A DNA stretch of 64,000 bases from Eledone cirrhosa (lineage: Eukaryota): assembly GCA_964016885.1 (NCBI GenBank), contig OZ024747.1, positions 84,506,001 through 84,570,000 of the forward strand. The letters run 5' to 3'. Below are positions 38,209 through 51,100 of this stretch, one piece after another; within the stretch, counting starts at the first letter, position 1; each line of letters starts with the position of its first letter. A program made the translations under genes and the position numbers. The notes below the pieces were generated by a model. That model had not been told where the DNA came from. It did no database searches and saw only the letters and a program-made list of their open reading frames with translations.

Positions 38209-41200
38209 TTAGCTTTGTTTTTTTGTTTTCTGCTTCCTTTTTGGTCTCCATCGCAAGTCCCATACTCTTTTCTCTGTCATACGGCAGTAGTTAGCTTGTC
38301 GTTCATAATAACCAACAGATGCAACTGCAATTTCAAAAAAATAAATAGATTTTCTTGTTTCTCAATGATGTTTTAAAACATTTATAGCTTCCTATATGAT
38401 TTTTTAATGGTTTAGTTAGAAGAGGAAGTAACAAGTATTTTAACCCTTTTATTATTATACTTTTGATGAAAGACACTGCCTATAATTTTTCAAATAATTT
38501 TGAAAATAATCAAATATTTGGAGAGATTTTAAGCTGGCGTTATGATTGGTGGTATTTAGATAAATATAAGCACTTAAAAATATACTGCTTTGTATTATAG
38601 AGCTGGGGGTAGTTTGATATCAAAAGGGTTAAATATAAGGTAGAAAAATAAGAGAAAAATAAGAGAAAATAGAAGGTAGAGAGGATTTTCAGTATTACTC
38701 TAGTGCTGGTGACATGATAAAATGCACACAGTGCACTCTGTAAAGTGTTAGTATTGGTGTCACAATAAAATGCACCTAGTACACTCTGCAAAGTGTTGGT
38801 GTGATGTCATGATAAAATGCACCCAGTACACATTATAGAATGGTTGGCATTAGGAAGGGCATCCAACCATAGAAGCCAAGTCAAATATAGAATGTAATGA
38901 GCAAGACATGGTTCTCCAACTAATATAGTCTTGGAGCGTGATAACCCATCCAACCCATGCCAGAATTGAAAATAGATATAAATGATGATGATGTAAAAAA
39001 ATAAAGAGAAAGGACACAGCACATCTGTTGGCCAGAGTTTAGAGTGTGTTAGCTGTTAGTTTGGTGGCTCTTTCTCTGCAGTAGATATTACTATTAGAGT
39101 GAGGAGTAGATGAAAAATATAGTCAGTGTTAACTTACCCCATAATGAGCCATGAGCTATGGGACAGACTGCTGGGTATAAATGCATCGCATACCAAAAGA
39201 GAACAGACCCCTGTTAAAAGAAAAAAATATATTTATTTCTTGTTCATTTTTTTCATTTTTGTTCTTAATATTAAATATTATGAGTTCGTTAGATAAAACA
39301 AGAAACCAGAGATTATATTACCGTGGTAATATTAGTCCCAACATGATTCTGTCCATAACACTGTCCATATTCAAAGGATCTATCAAGAACCTTCCAGAAT
39401 ACCAGAGAGGAACTTGTTTAGGCCTCTGTAGCTATAGATAGCTGCTACTTGGCCACTGAACATCTTTTCAACATTGTGTAAGAGAGAGGGGGAGGAAGAT
39501 ATCAAATTACCATTTGTCAAAGTTAAAGTTACCACAAAGTTGTTGTAACATGACACATGTTTTCTTATAAAGATTTATATATAAAGAATGAAGAACAGAA
39601 AGAGAGAGAAGGAGACTAAACAAAAAAAATGACAAAAGATATATGAAAAATAGAGAAAAAAGTGAAGGGGCAGAGAGAAGGAAGAGAAAGAAAACGTGAG
39701 AAAAAGAACAAAAGTGAAGAGAGAGAAAAATGAAAAGAAAAGGTGCAAGAGGGAGATAAAGAGAGACCAGTTGCTTACCTTTTTTACAGTGGCTGTTACG
39801 TTTGTAAATGGGAAGACAATCTGACCCCCTTCTGTGATGTCATTCAACTTGAAAACATAGAAATAATAATTTATTGTACAAGAGCTTCCAACAAAATTGT
39901 CTTGTTTGTTATTACAACAACTTTAGCAAGGCAGATATATTAACACTTTAACCTTTTCATGACCATATTTCTATTGAAAATTAGTTTATGATTTTCCACT
40001 AATTTTGAAAATAACTCTGAATTTGGAGGAATTTAAACATTTTAAAACAAACAGTTTTGTATCACAGAATTGGTATTGATTACGTATCAAAAGGATTAAA
40101 ACAATATTGGACGAGATAAAATATTCTATAAAAGAAATTCTTATGAATCTCAAATAACAAAATGTTACTATTCACAGATACTTACAGCTACTAAAAATGA
40201 ACCAATCTGTCCACCTATTGATGGTACTGGCTGAAAAACAAAAATAAGTTTTTAAAAAGTTACAAAACGTCCAAAATAAAACAATTTAGAAACATCAACA
40301 ACCCTTTCGTTATCATATTTTTTATGTAATTAAATCTAAACTATAATAAAGTAAGGAGTGCAGGACTGCGTCCAGAATATATTTTTTTATTCATCATCAT
40401 CATCATCATCATCGTCTTCGTTTAACGTCCATTTTCCACGCTAGCATGGGTTAGACGGGAGTTGTCCCACTTGAGGCAAGGCTGGTCGGGTGACCGTGTC
40501 TCGCTCATATAAGACTATCTGAAAGGTTTTCTACGGCTGGATGCCCTTCCTAACACCAACCACATTTACAGTGTGGAACTGGGAACTTTTTACTGTGTTA
40601 CCTACACGGCCACATTACAACGTGGACTGTGTGTTTTTTCTTTTGTCGTGACACCTACACGAACTTGATTTCATTATCTCATGCTGTTGGTGGGAGTGGG
40701 AGGATAGGGGAGGAGTAGTAGATTGGGGTGTATATTTGGTTAAGAGGTGCCTACTAACTGTAGGTTTTGCTTTGTACATAGGCAAGGCGGGTCTTCTGTA
40801 TTACTGCGTAAGCACCAAAGATCTCGGTCCAGTGACATTGTCTTGGAGAGATGTAAGTGTGTGAGGTCGGAATTTATCAGATCATCCCAGGTTTTTCTGG
40901 GTCTACCTACTCCATAACTACCATCAATTTTGATCACCCTGCACTTTTTTATGCAGCTGTCGTCTTTCATGCACATCACGTAACCATACCAATGTAGTCT
41001 CCTCTCAAGTAAACAGCATCTGATCCCTCTTATTCCTAATTTCTCACTTAGTTCATTTATGCTTTGCCGTTCACGTATATTACTATTACACATCCAACGG
41101 AGCATGCATGCTTCGTTCCTTTCCAGTCTACGCAGGTCCTCTGCACGTAATGCCCATGTCTCACTGGCATGTAGCATTGCTGTTCGTATACAGGCATCAT

Positions 41201-44200
41201 AAATCTGCCTTTCATTTTTAGAGACAAACCTTTTGTGGCCAACAGCGGTATAAGCTCTCTGAACTTTTTCCATCCCGTTCTGACTCTGGCTACTGCACTT
41301 TCAGAACACCCTCCACCACTGCTGATTTCGTCACCCAGGTAACGAAAAGTGTCTACTATTTCTATGGAACCATCTGGGCAATAGAAGGAGCTAGTATCCT
41401 TTGCACACTTGCTACTTATTGCACCTGAGCATTGGCCACATATAAAGTCTACATTCTTAGATAGTTTACCTGTGATCCCACTACATCTTTTATGTACCCA
41501 TACTATGCATTTGGGACATAAAATGGAATTTCTGCCTACTCCTTTCCTACACACTGAGCATGGCCATTTCCCTGAGGGCACCTGTGCCCTATTTTCCTTT
41601 CTACAAACTAGAACTTTAGTCTTAGACAAGTTAACTTTAAGGCCTTTTGATTCTAGGCCATGCTTCCATGTTTCGAATTTCTTCTCTAGTTCAGCCATTG
41701 ATTCAGCTATGAGCGTTAGATCATCTGCGTATAGGAGTTCCCATGGGCAGCCGGTCTTGAACTTCTCTGTTATAGTCTGAAGGGCAATAATAAATAAGAG
41801 GGGGCTAAGTACATAGCCTTGATGAACGCCAACTTTTACACTAAATCCTTTACAATATTCATTGTTAATTCTAACCTTACTGACTGTTTCATTATACATG
41901 GCTTGTATAGCTCTCCAAGCCATTCATCTACACCTAGTAGTTTTCTAAGAGCCCACTAGATAATGGAGCGGGGGACTCTGTCAAAAGCTTTCTCCAGGTC
42001 TACAAAAGCTAAGTAGAGGGGTTTACTTTTAGCTAGGTACTTCTGTAGTTGTCGTACGAGGAAAAGAGCGTCTGTGGTACTTTTACCTGACACAAACCCA
42101 AACTGCATTTCATCTAGATCAATTCGCTCTCTGATTAGTTGCGCTATAACTCTTTCTGTGACCTTCATGACCTGGTCAACTAACTTAATGCCTCTATAGT
42201 TTCCCCTATCTAGAGCATCCCCTTTACCCTTGTAGAAGTTAATGATGATGCTGCTACGCCAGTCTTTCGGTATGATCCCATTCTGTATTACTTGGTTAAC
42301 TATACGGGTGACCATAGTGTGTCCCACCATACCAGATGCCTTCAACATCTCAGCAACTATCTCCGAAGGCCCAGCTGCCTTGCCTGTCTTCATATCTTTG
42401 ATTGCCTTACTTATTATACTACCTTTAACTTGCACTGCTGGTCCTTCTATTGGATCGATTTGGGGCAGACTATCTTTTTCCCATTTATTCTCCTCATTTA
42501 ATAGTCTCTCGTAGTGACACTTCCAGGCTATCTTCTTATCAGTATCAGTGAGCACAAGTACACCATTATTACGGACACACTTCTCCCCGACAACATCACG
42601 GTTTTCCTTAACACATTGTCTAGCAATCCTGAACACCTCACGTTTTTGGTCCTCACGTTGCAGAACATGCTTGAACTTTGCTACCCTTTTTGCAAGGTAC
42701 ACTTGTCTCCTAGCTTCTCTCCTGGCCACTTGATAGTGCTCTCTACTTCCCCCATCCTGCCATACTTTCCAAGCCTGCTTTTTGGCCTTGATTGTCTCTT
42801 CCACCTTACTGTTCCACCACCAAGTTTCTCTCCTCCTGCCAATAGGTCTGCTCCAGCCACAGATTTCATCCGTTGCTTTCAGCAGGTTCACTTTCAAGAA
42901 TTGCCACTGTTCCTCTATATTGCACGTCTCTAATTGCTCTTCCTTATTGTCAAAGGCATCAAGTTGGATTACTTTGAATAAATAATGAATGAATATTACA
43001 TAATTTATCTACTAAATTTTTTTATTCTTGATTAAATATAAATAATTTTGCAGCTTATTTTAAGATTCACCTCTTTAAAATTTTCAAATGTCAACACTTC
43101 CGGTTAGCGATCGCTTAAATAAACATTCATACATTTCCGTCATTAATTTTCCCCTAATGCAATTTATATATAATATAGTCTTTTTTTAATGTATCATGGA
43201 TTACGTTACTGATTACATAAGACAGTGTAACGCAGTCTTCCTTCAATTTCTGTGTATATTGTCAATTATGATTTTATTTGATGTATCATATCTGCATGAA
43301 TATATACTTGCGTATAATATCAATATGCACACTACACATGCTAGCAGAAAACCACCCGAAGGGTGATTTTTCTGCTAGTAAATATAATGAAGGATTGGAG
43401 AGATTTACTAAAATTATTGATTCTGTCACTATTAAAGTGGTATATTTAACATAACTTGACAAAATATATAAAATTTAACAAAAGTTTTAATTTAACAAAA
43501 AATCTCACATAAATTAATGATGGAATGTTTTTAGATAAATATAAACTCTCTAAAATAAACAGTTTTTTTTTATTTTTATTATAGAACCAAGACAATTTCA
43601 GGTATTGAAAGGGTTAAACTTTTAACGACTGTAATTTTAATGATTGTATTTTTAATGAACTACCCTCTATTTTAATTACGTAATGGGGAATTTTAAGGGA
43701 TTTACTAAACTTATGAATTATTTCATCATTAAGATCAGGGCTGAATTTAACCACATGTCAAAAAACACAAACAACAATGAACTAATGAACAATACACACA
43801 CATCACACCAACAATCACCATAATAGTACACATAAAAATATGTTGTTTTTGTTATATTTTTATACAAAAACAACCCACACTGTATTGTCCTTTGCCATCC
43901 TTAATGTTTTCTTGTAAACCATTTGTGGTTAATAAAGAAATCATTACTATTATTATTATTGTTGTTATTATTATACTTACTGCATGTAGAGGTACAAAAA
44001 AACCTTGGACTCCAAAGTTACGAATCTGAAAAATATTTTTATTAAATATTAACAATTATGATCATTATATTGATGATGTCTTAATATTATGTAATAATAT
44101 TAATAGAGGCATATATAGAAGCATATAAAATATGCTTATGTATAACAAACATACATACATTTCACTTTGATAATGTCAAAGTGGCCTCAGTAACTATGTG

Positions 44201-45123
44201 AGAACACCAAATATTACAGGTATGTTCAGTTCTTTGTGGACACATCTTTTAATAGCTCTAACTTTTTTCTAACTTGTTCTGATTATCATTTCTTTTCAGA
44301 CAAACAATGACAGACATGAAGCTAACTCAGAAAATTAAAAGAGACACAGTAATCACTTCCTTAAAGGTAGACCATAGTGATTTAGAGATTTCTTGTTTCT
44401 TAAACGTTGTATGGTTGTTTGTTGTCAAAGCTCACAAAGAGTTAGAAGCTGCTGACAGGAATTCTACAGTAGTAGGTAGATTCTACAGTAGTAAAATTAC
44501 TGCTAATGATCCTAATACCATCAGAATACCCAAATTTGTGTGAAAGATGCAGTAAATTATCAATAAGAACTCTAGAAAGTCAATTAGTGCTATTGATGGT
44601 TTCAATGCATACTATCAGAAAAATTGTGCTTGAGGACCTTTGATACAAGTCTTATATGTTGCGGAAAGGCAAATTCATCTCTGCAATGACAAAAGATAAC
44701 CATCTTATCTGTGCAAAGGGCTTGTCGAGCAAGTTGAAACATCAAAAGCTTGGAATGCTTTTGTTTTTCTCTGATGAGAAAAACTTTGAACAGGACCAGG
44801 AAAAATTTTGATGACTCCAAGTAAGTGACATCAAATATTTTTTAATATAAGTGAGCTTACATCAGTCTTGATCTGGACAATTGGTCAAGGTAACAAGACA
44901 GGAGAGTCACCCTCAAGCCTTATTGCATCAACCACTAAAATGAAATGACAGCTGTTATATGTAACACAAACCTCAATAACACTAGGATCAAGTGGAGGAA
45001 ATACCAAGTTTTTTAAATCTGTAAAATGTCTTTTAAGCTCAGTTTGTTTCTGTGATTTAATTTTACTGTTAACTGAAACCCTGAAAAAGAAGAAAAAAGA
45101 ATATTTGAGAAGAGAGACAGTGT

Positions 45124-45165
<42 letters not shown>

Positions 45166-48100
45166 CGTGCGTGTGGTGTATGTGTGTGTGTGTGCGCGCG
45201 CGCGCGCGTGTGCGTGTGGTGTGTGTGTGTGTGTGTGTGTAACAAATGGATGCCAGGTTAACCAACAAAGCAGAATAAATCTGAAGAAATGAAAGAGGAA
45301 GGAATGCAGGAAGTGTTAGAAAAAGCCAAGATACAGGAAATAATGAGAGAAAATGTATTTTATTAGTGCCATGATAAAAAGCACCCAGTCCACCATGTAA
45401 TGCAGGTGCCATGATAAAAAAAAACCCAGCCCACCAAATAAGGTGGTAGTGCTGGTGCTACAGTGAAAAAAAATACTCAAACCACCAAATAAGGCCATAA
45501 ATGGGTAATCAAAGTTGATGGAAGCTATGGAGTGGAAAGATTTAGAAAGACTTGGGATGAGGTGATAAAAGCTGACCTTGCACAACTGCACCTCTCAAAG
45601 AAATGACATAGGACTGTGATCTCTGGCTCTATGCAGTAATACAGAAGACCCTCCTTCCCATATGCAGGGACTGAGGCATACATCTAGTACGCACCAACTT
45701 CCCTCCCATACACCTCCCACGTTGTAATCACCCTACCCATAGATCTACCTCCCCAATACCCCATGCATCTCCCCTACCCAAATCTCCAATCAACACTATT
45801 GAGTGACCATCTTGATACCACAACAATGAGCACCCAATCCACACTGTAAAATGGTCATGTAGGTCTCACGACAAAAAGCACCCAGCCCACCCTCTAAAGT
45901 GGTCATGTAGGAGATCACAACAAAAAGCACCCAGTCCACCTTGTAAAGTAGTTGTGTAGGTATCACAACAAAAACTACCCAGTACACACTATAGATGTGG
46001 TTGGCATTAGGAAGGGTATCCAGCCATAGAAACTGAGCCAAAATCAGTTTTGTGTGAGCAAAACATGTTCCTCTGACCTGGCTTGTCTCACAATGGGACA
46101 GCTCATCTAACCTATGCTAGCATGGAAAATGGACGTTAAACGATGATGATGATGATGATGATATATATGGGGCAGGTGTCTTCCACTTTGGCTTTGGGCT
46201 GACCAATGCCTTGTAAGTGAAATAATAGTTAGAGGGAAAATTCAATGAGGTCTGTTATGCATGTGTGTATATATGTAAGTGTATGTGTATATGTCTGTAT
46301 GTGCCTTTGCTTTACAACATTACCAACAACAACAACAACAAAACTCATGTTAAAACTAGACTTACATTGTCGTTTCATTTTTTTTTATATATATACTTCT
46401 GTTAACATATAAATGAACAAAAGTCAATTTTGCCACATCATAACATTTATCGAATAATCACTGTTGTTGCCAGCTGTTTGATAGTATTATATAGCAGTCA
46501 CAATGTAACATACGTAGTCTCAGTGTACATTACAATATGTACAGTCAATAATTGATCCAGTTTGAGCAGTGATTTGTTGGGAGGTTGAGGTGGAGTGGTA
46601 ACACACATGAGAGGGGAGAAAGAAGAAGATATCTATTTGTATTTTAACATTTTTCACATGTTGTATGTTCTGTTCAGTTCAGTTTTACTCAATAGAATAC
46701 ATTTCAGGCATATATTGATTGAAATAATTTTTATTTATTTATTTATTTTACTAATGCAAGTGTTTTTTTTTTCTTTTTCGTTGATTTATAAATTTTATTT
46801 ATTATTGTTATGTTAAGTACATTACTTTAGTGGTACATATACCGAGTGAGTTCAGTTTAGAATAGGTACTGTACACTGTATATTTAACTGTGTTGTGACA
46901 AAAGGGGTTGACACCAGGAAGTGCATCCTGTCATAAAACATTGGGTCAAACCCCATACAAAAGCACTGGAGCTGTTATGGGATCTGCAAGGCTAACCCCT
47001 GTCTTAGCAGGAGAAATCCCCTTAAAGTGCTTGTTGTTTTACTTTAGTTACATAGTGGCATTGCTTGCTTTAATTTGTTTTGTTTTGTTTTTTGCCGTCA
47101 ATTAAAAAATATAAATAAAGTATTTGATAGAAATAAAATTTAATATATCTGAAGTGAATGTATTACATTTTTGCTGAAATATATTTTTTATTGAGGTGTA
47201 TGGCTTGCCTCAAAAAGTTTTAGAGCAAAACATCCATATCTGATTTGTTTCTTTTGTAAATCATATTTATTATATAAATTGTATTCATTATTGAGGTGTA
47301 TGGCTTGCCTCAAAAAGTTTTAGAGCAAAACACCCATATCTGATTTGTTTCTTTTGTAAATCATATTTATTATATAAATTGTATTCATATGAACAAGGTG
47401 TTTTTTTTAATAAATCACACCTGATTACATTTTATATATATTTCATGAACTTAACTAAATATTTTAATATATCTGAAGTGAATATATTTTATACATAATA
47501 CAAGCTTAGACTAAATATTTTAATATACCTGAAGTGAATATATTTGATATATAATACAAGCTTTGACTAAATATTTTAATATATCTGAAAAAGCCTTCCC
47601 TGGTGAGGAATGTACATCCCAACATAGCTTAGTTGTCAGCGACCTCACGGTCAGAACTAGACGAACCTGGAAACAGAGGTCAACCTGAAGAAAGATCTGG
47701 AAGCTGAAAGACCCCTCAACCAGTAACAGATTTAAAGATATTTTACTCAACGCCTACGACAGTAAAGAAGAACAGATAGAGACATTCAATATAGAAGAGA
47801 ACTGGAAGTTCCTAAAAAATAATTTACTAGAGGCGACGGATGAGGTCTGTGGCTGGAGTAAGACCTCAAGCAGGAGGAGAGTGACTTGGTGGTGGAACAA
47901 TAAGGTAGATGAGGCAGTTAAGGCCAAGAGACAGGCATGGAAAGAATGGAAGAATGGGGGGAGCAGGGTACATTACATAGAGACCAAGAGGGAAGCTGGC
48001 GACAAGTATACTTAGCTAGGAAGGAAGCAGAGGATAGAAAATTCAAGCATGTTTTGCAACGTGAGGACCAGAAACAGGAGGTGTTCAAGATTGCGAGGCA

Positions 48101-51100
48101 GTGTGTCAGAGATAGTTGTGATGTCATTGGAGAGAAGTGTATCCGGAATGATAAAGGTGAGCTTGCCCTCACAAGTGCTGAGAAGAAAGATGCATGGAAG
48201 AGTCATTATGATAGATTACTAAATGAGGAGAATGCATGGGAAGAAGAGACCCTACCCCAAGTAGACTCTATAGAGGGGCCAGCAGTACAAGTCAGCAGCA
48301 ACGTAGTAAGTAAGGCAATCAAAGATATGAAGATGGGGAAGGCAACCGGTCCATTGGGTATAGCTGCCGAGATGCTGAAGGCATCGGGGTCTGTAGGTCA
48401 CACTATAACCACACGTATTGTTAACCAGGTATACTAGAAGGTGTCATACCAAAAGATTGGTGCAGTAGCATCATTGTCAACTGCTACAAAGGTAAAGGTG
48501 ATGCACTAGATAGAGGAAACTATAGAGGTATAAAGTTGATGGACCAGGTCATGAAAGTAACAGAAAGAGTTATAGCACAGTTGATTAGGGACCGGGTGAA
48601 AATAGACGAGATTCAATTTGGGTTTGTACCAGGAAGAGGCACCACTGATGCCCTCTTCCTTGTCAGGCAGTTACAGGAAAAGTACCTATCTAAAAGTAAG
48701 CCACTCTACTTGGCATTTGTCGACCTTGAGAAAGCCTTTGACAGAGTTCCACGTGCTGTAATCTGGTGGGCTCTTAGAAAACTAGGAGTAGATGAATGGC
48801 TTGTGAAAGCGGTACAAGCCATGTATAGGGGAGCAGTCAGCAAAGTTAGGATTAGCAATGAGTATAGCGAGGAATTTAGCATACAGGTTGGGGTCCACCA
48901 GGGCTCTGTTCTTAGCCCCCTCCTGTTCATCATAGTCCTGTAGGCAATAACGGAGGAGTTTAAGACCGGATGCCCATGGGAACTCCTGTATGCTGATGAC
49001 CTCACACTTATAGCTGAATCTATGGTAGAACTAGAGAATAAATTCCAAACTTGGAAGCAGGGACTAGAAAGAAAGTGTCTCAAAGTCAACATGACAAAGA
49101 CTAAGGTCCTTGTAAGTAGATGAGAAAACAGAACCCAGATCCCCTCAGGGAAATGGCCTTGCTCAGTATGTATGAAAGGTGTAGGTAGGAACTCCATTCT
49201 CTGCCCCAAATGCAAACAATGGGTACACAAGAGATGTAGCGGGATCTCAGGAGGCTTAATTAAGAATGTAGGCTTCACATGCAGCAGCTGTGCTGGGACA
49301 GCAAGCAGCAAACAGCCACAGGAAACAAGTACCACCAATCTCTGGGAGGTCTCTGTAGAAACAGTAGACAGCTTCTGCTACCTAGGTGACCGAATTAGCA
49401 GCGGAGGTGGGTGTTCAGAAAGTACAATAACTAGGGTAAGAACGGATGGAAGAAGTTTAGGGAACTACTACCGCTGCTAGCTGCAAAAGGCTTCTCCCTC
49501 AAAATGAAAGGCAGACTGTATGATGCATGTATCCGAACAGCGATGTTGCATGGTAGTGAGACCTGGGCGCTGAAGGTGGAAGACTTACGTAGATTAGAGA
49601 GAAACAAAGCCTGCATGCTCCGATGGATGTGTAACAGTAATATACGTGAACGACAAAGCATAAATGAATTGAGAGAGAGACTGAGCATAAGAGGAATCAA
49701 ATGCTGTGTGCAGGAGAGGCGGTTGCGCAGGTATGGACATGTGATGCGTATGAAGGATGACAGCTGCATAAAAAGGTGCAGAGCACTAGAAGTTGATGGA
49801 AACCGCGGAGTGGGGAGACCCAAGATGACCTGGGATGAGGTGATAAAAGCCGACCTTACCCAATTACACACGACCGTGACCTCTGGCGTCATGCAGTAAT
49901 ACAGAGTACCCGACCTCCCATGGGTACAAGCTGAAGCATATAGACAATATGCCCCACACCCCCCACCGCAAGGTGGTCGTGGAGGTGCCACGGCAAAAAA
50001 GCACCCAGCCCACACTGTAAAGTGGACGTGTAGGCGCCACGAAAAAGCACCCAGCACTCACTGTAAATGAGGTTGGTGTTAGGAAGGGCATCCAGCTGTA
50101 GAAATCAAGCCAGATCAGTTCCTGTATGAGCAAGGCATGGTCAGCCGACCAGACACTGCCCACAACAGGGCAACCTGTCTAACCCATGCAGACGTAAAAC
50201 GGTGATGATGATGATGATGATGATGATCTGAAGTTACTATGTTTTGTATATAATACAAGCTAGATAAAATATTTAAATATATGATATTTATTTATTGTAC
50301 ATGTATGATACTATTTTGTTGATAAGCTACAGTTTAATATTCCAAAGAAAAAAGAATGAAAACACAGAAAATAAACAGTGTAATAATTGTTTCTACTTTT
50401 GGCACAAGGCCAGCAATTACCCAGTACATTACTGGTACTTTATTTTATCGACCCCGTAAGGATGAAAGGCAAAGTTAACCTCGGCGGGATTTGAACTCAG
50501 AATGGCAATAAACAGTGTAATAATTGTTTCTACTTTAGGCACAAGGCCAGCAATTACCCAGTACATTACTGGTACTTTATTTTATCGACCCCGTAAGGAT
50601 GAAAGGCAAAGTTAACCTCGGCGGGATTTGAACTCAGACCGTAAAGGTGTAATAATAATTTCTAATTTAAACACAAGGCTAACAATTTAAAGGGGAAAAT
50701 GATACTGTACTAACCCCTGCATTTCATATTTATATATGTTATGTTCCAGCATTGACTGCATCTAATCACAAGAAAAAAGAAAATTATGTAATAAAGACTT
50801 GAATAAAATGAATGTATTATGGATTTAAAAAATAACATTTAGAGAAGTTTACCACTGTTTGAAATGTCTTTAACTATAGGTCTGAGTAATATTTATCATT
50901 GAAACTGGGCTGAAAAGTAGAAATATCATCAACAGTGTTACCACATATATTTAAACTATGTCTCTGAAAGAGATCAAACAACTCAAGCACTCATTGGTGG
51001 AGTGTATAACGGGTTCTTATTTTATCAAATGATCAAAAAGTGAGACAAAGAAAGAGAAAAGAAAAAAAAACATAGAAGTAAATAGCACACACATATTAGA

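Noticed and set aside
50853-50909. Alternative candidate for exon 7 of gene 3 (PSFNDKYYSDL*)
   Set aside because: It has an in-frame stop and the wrong end phase. 50761-50715 fits the required phase 0 to phase 2.
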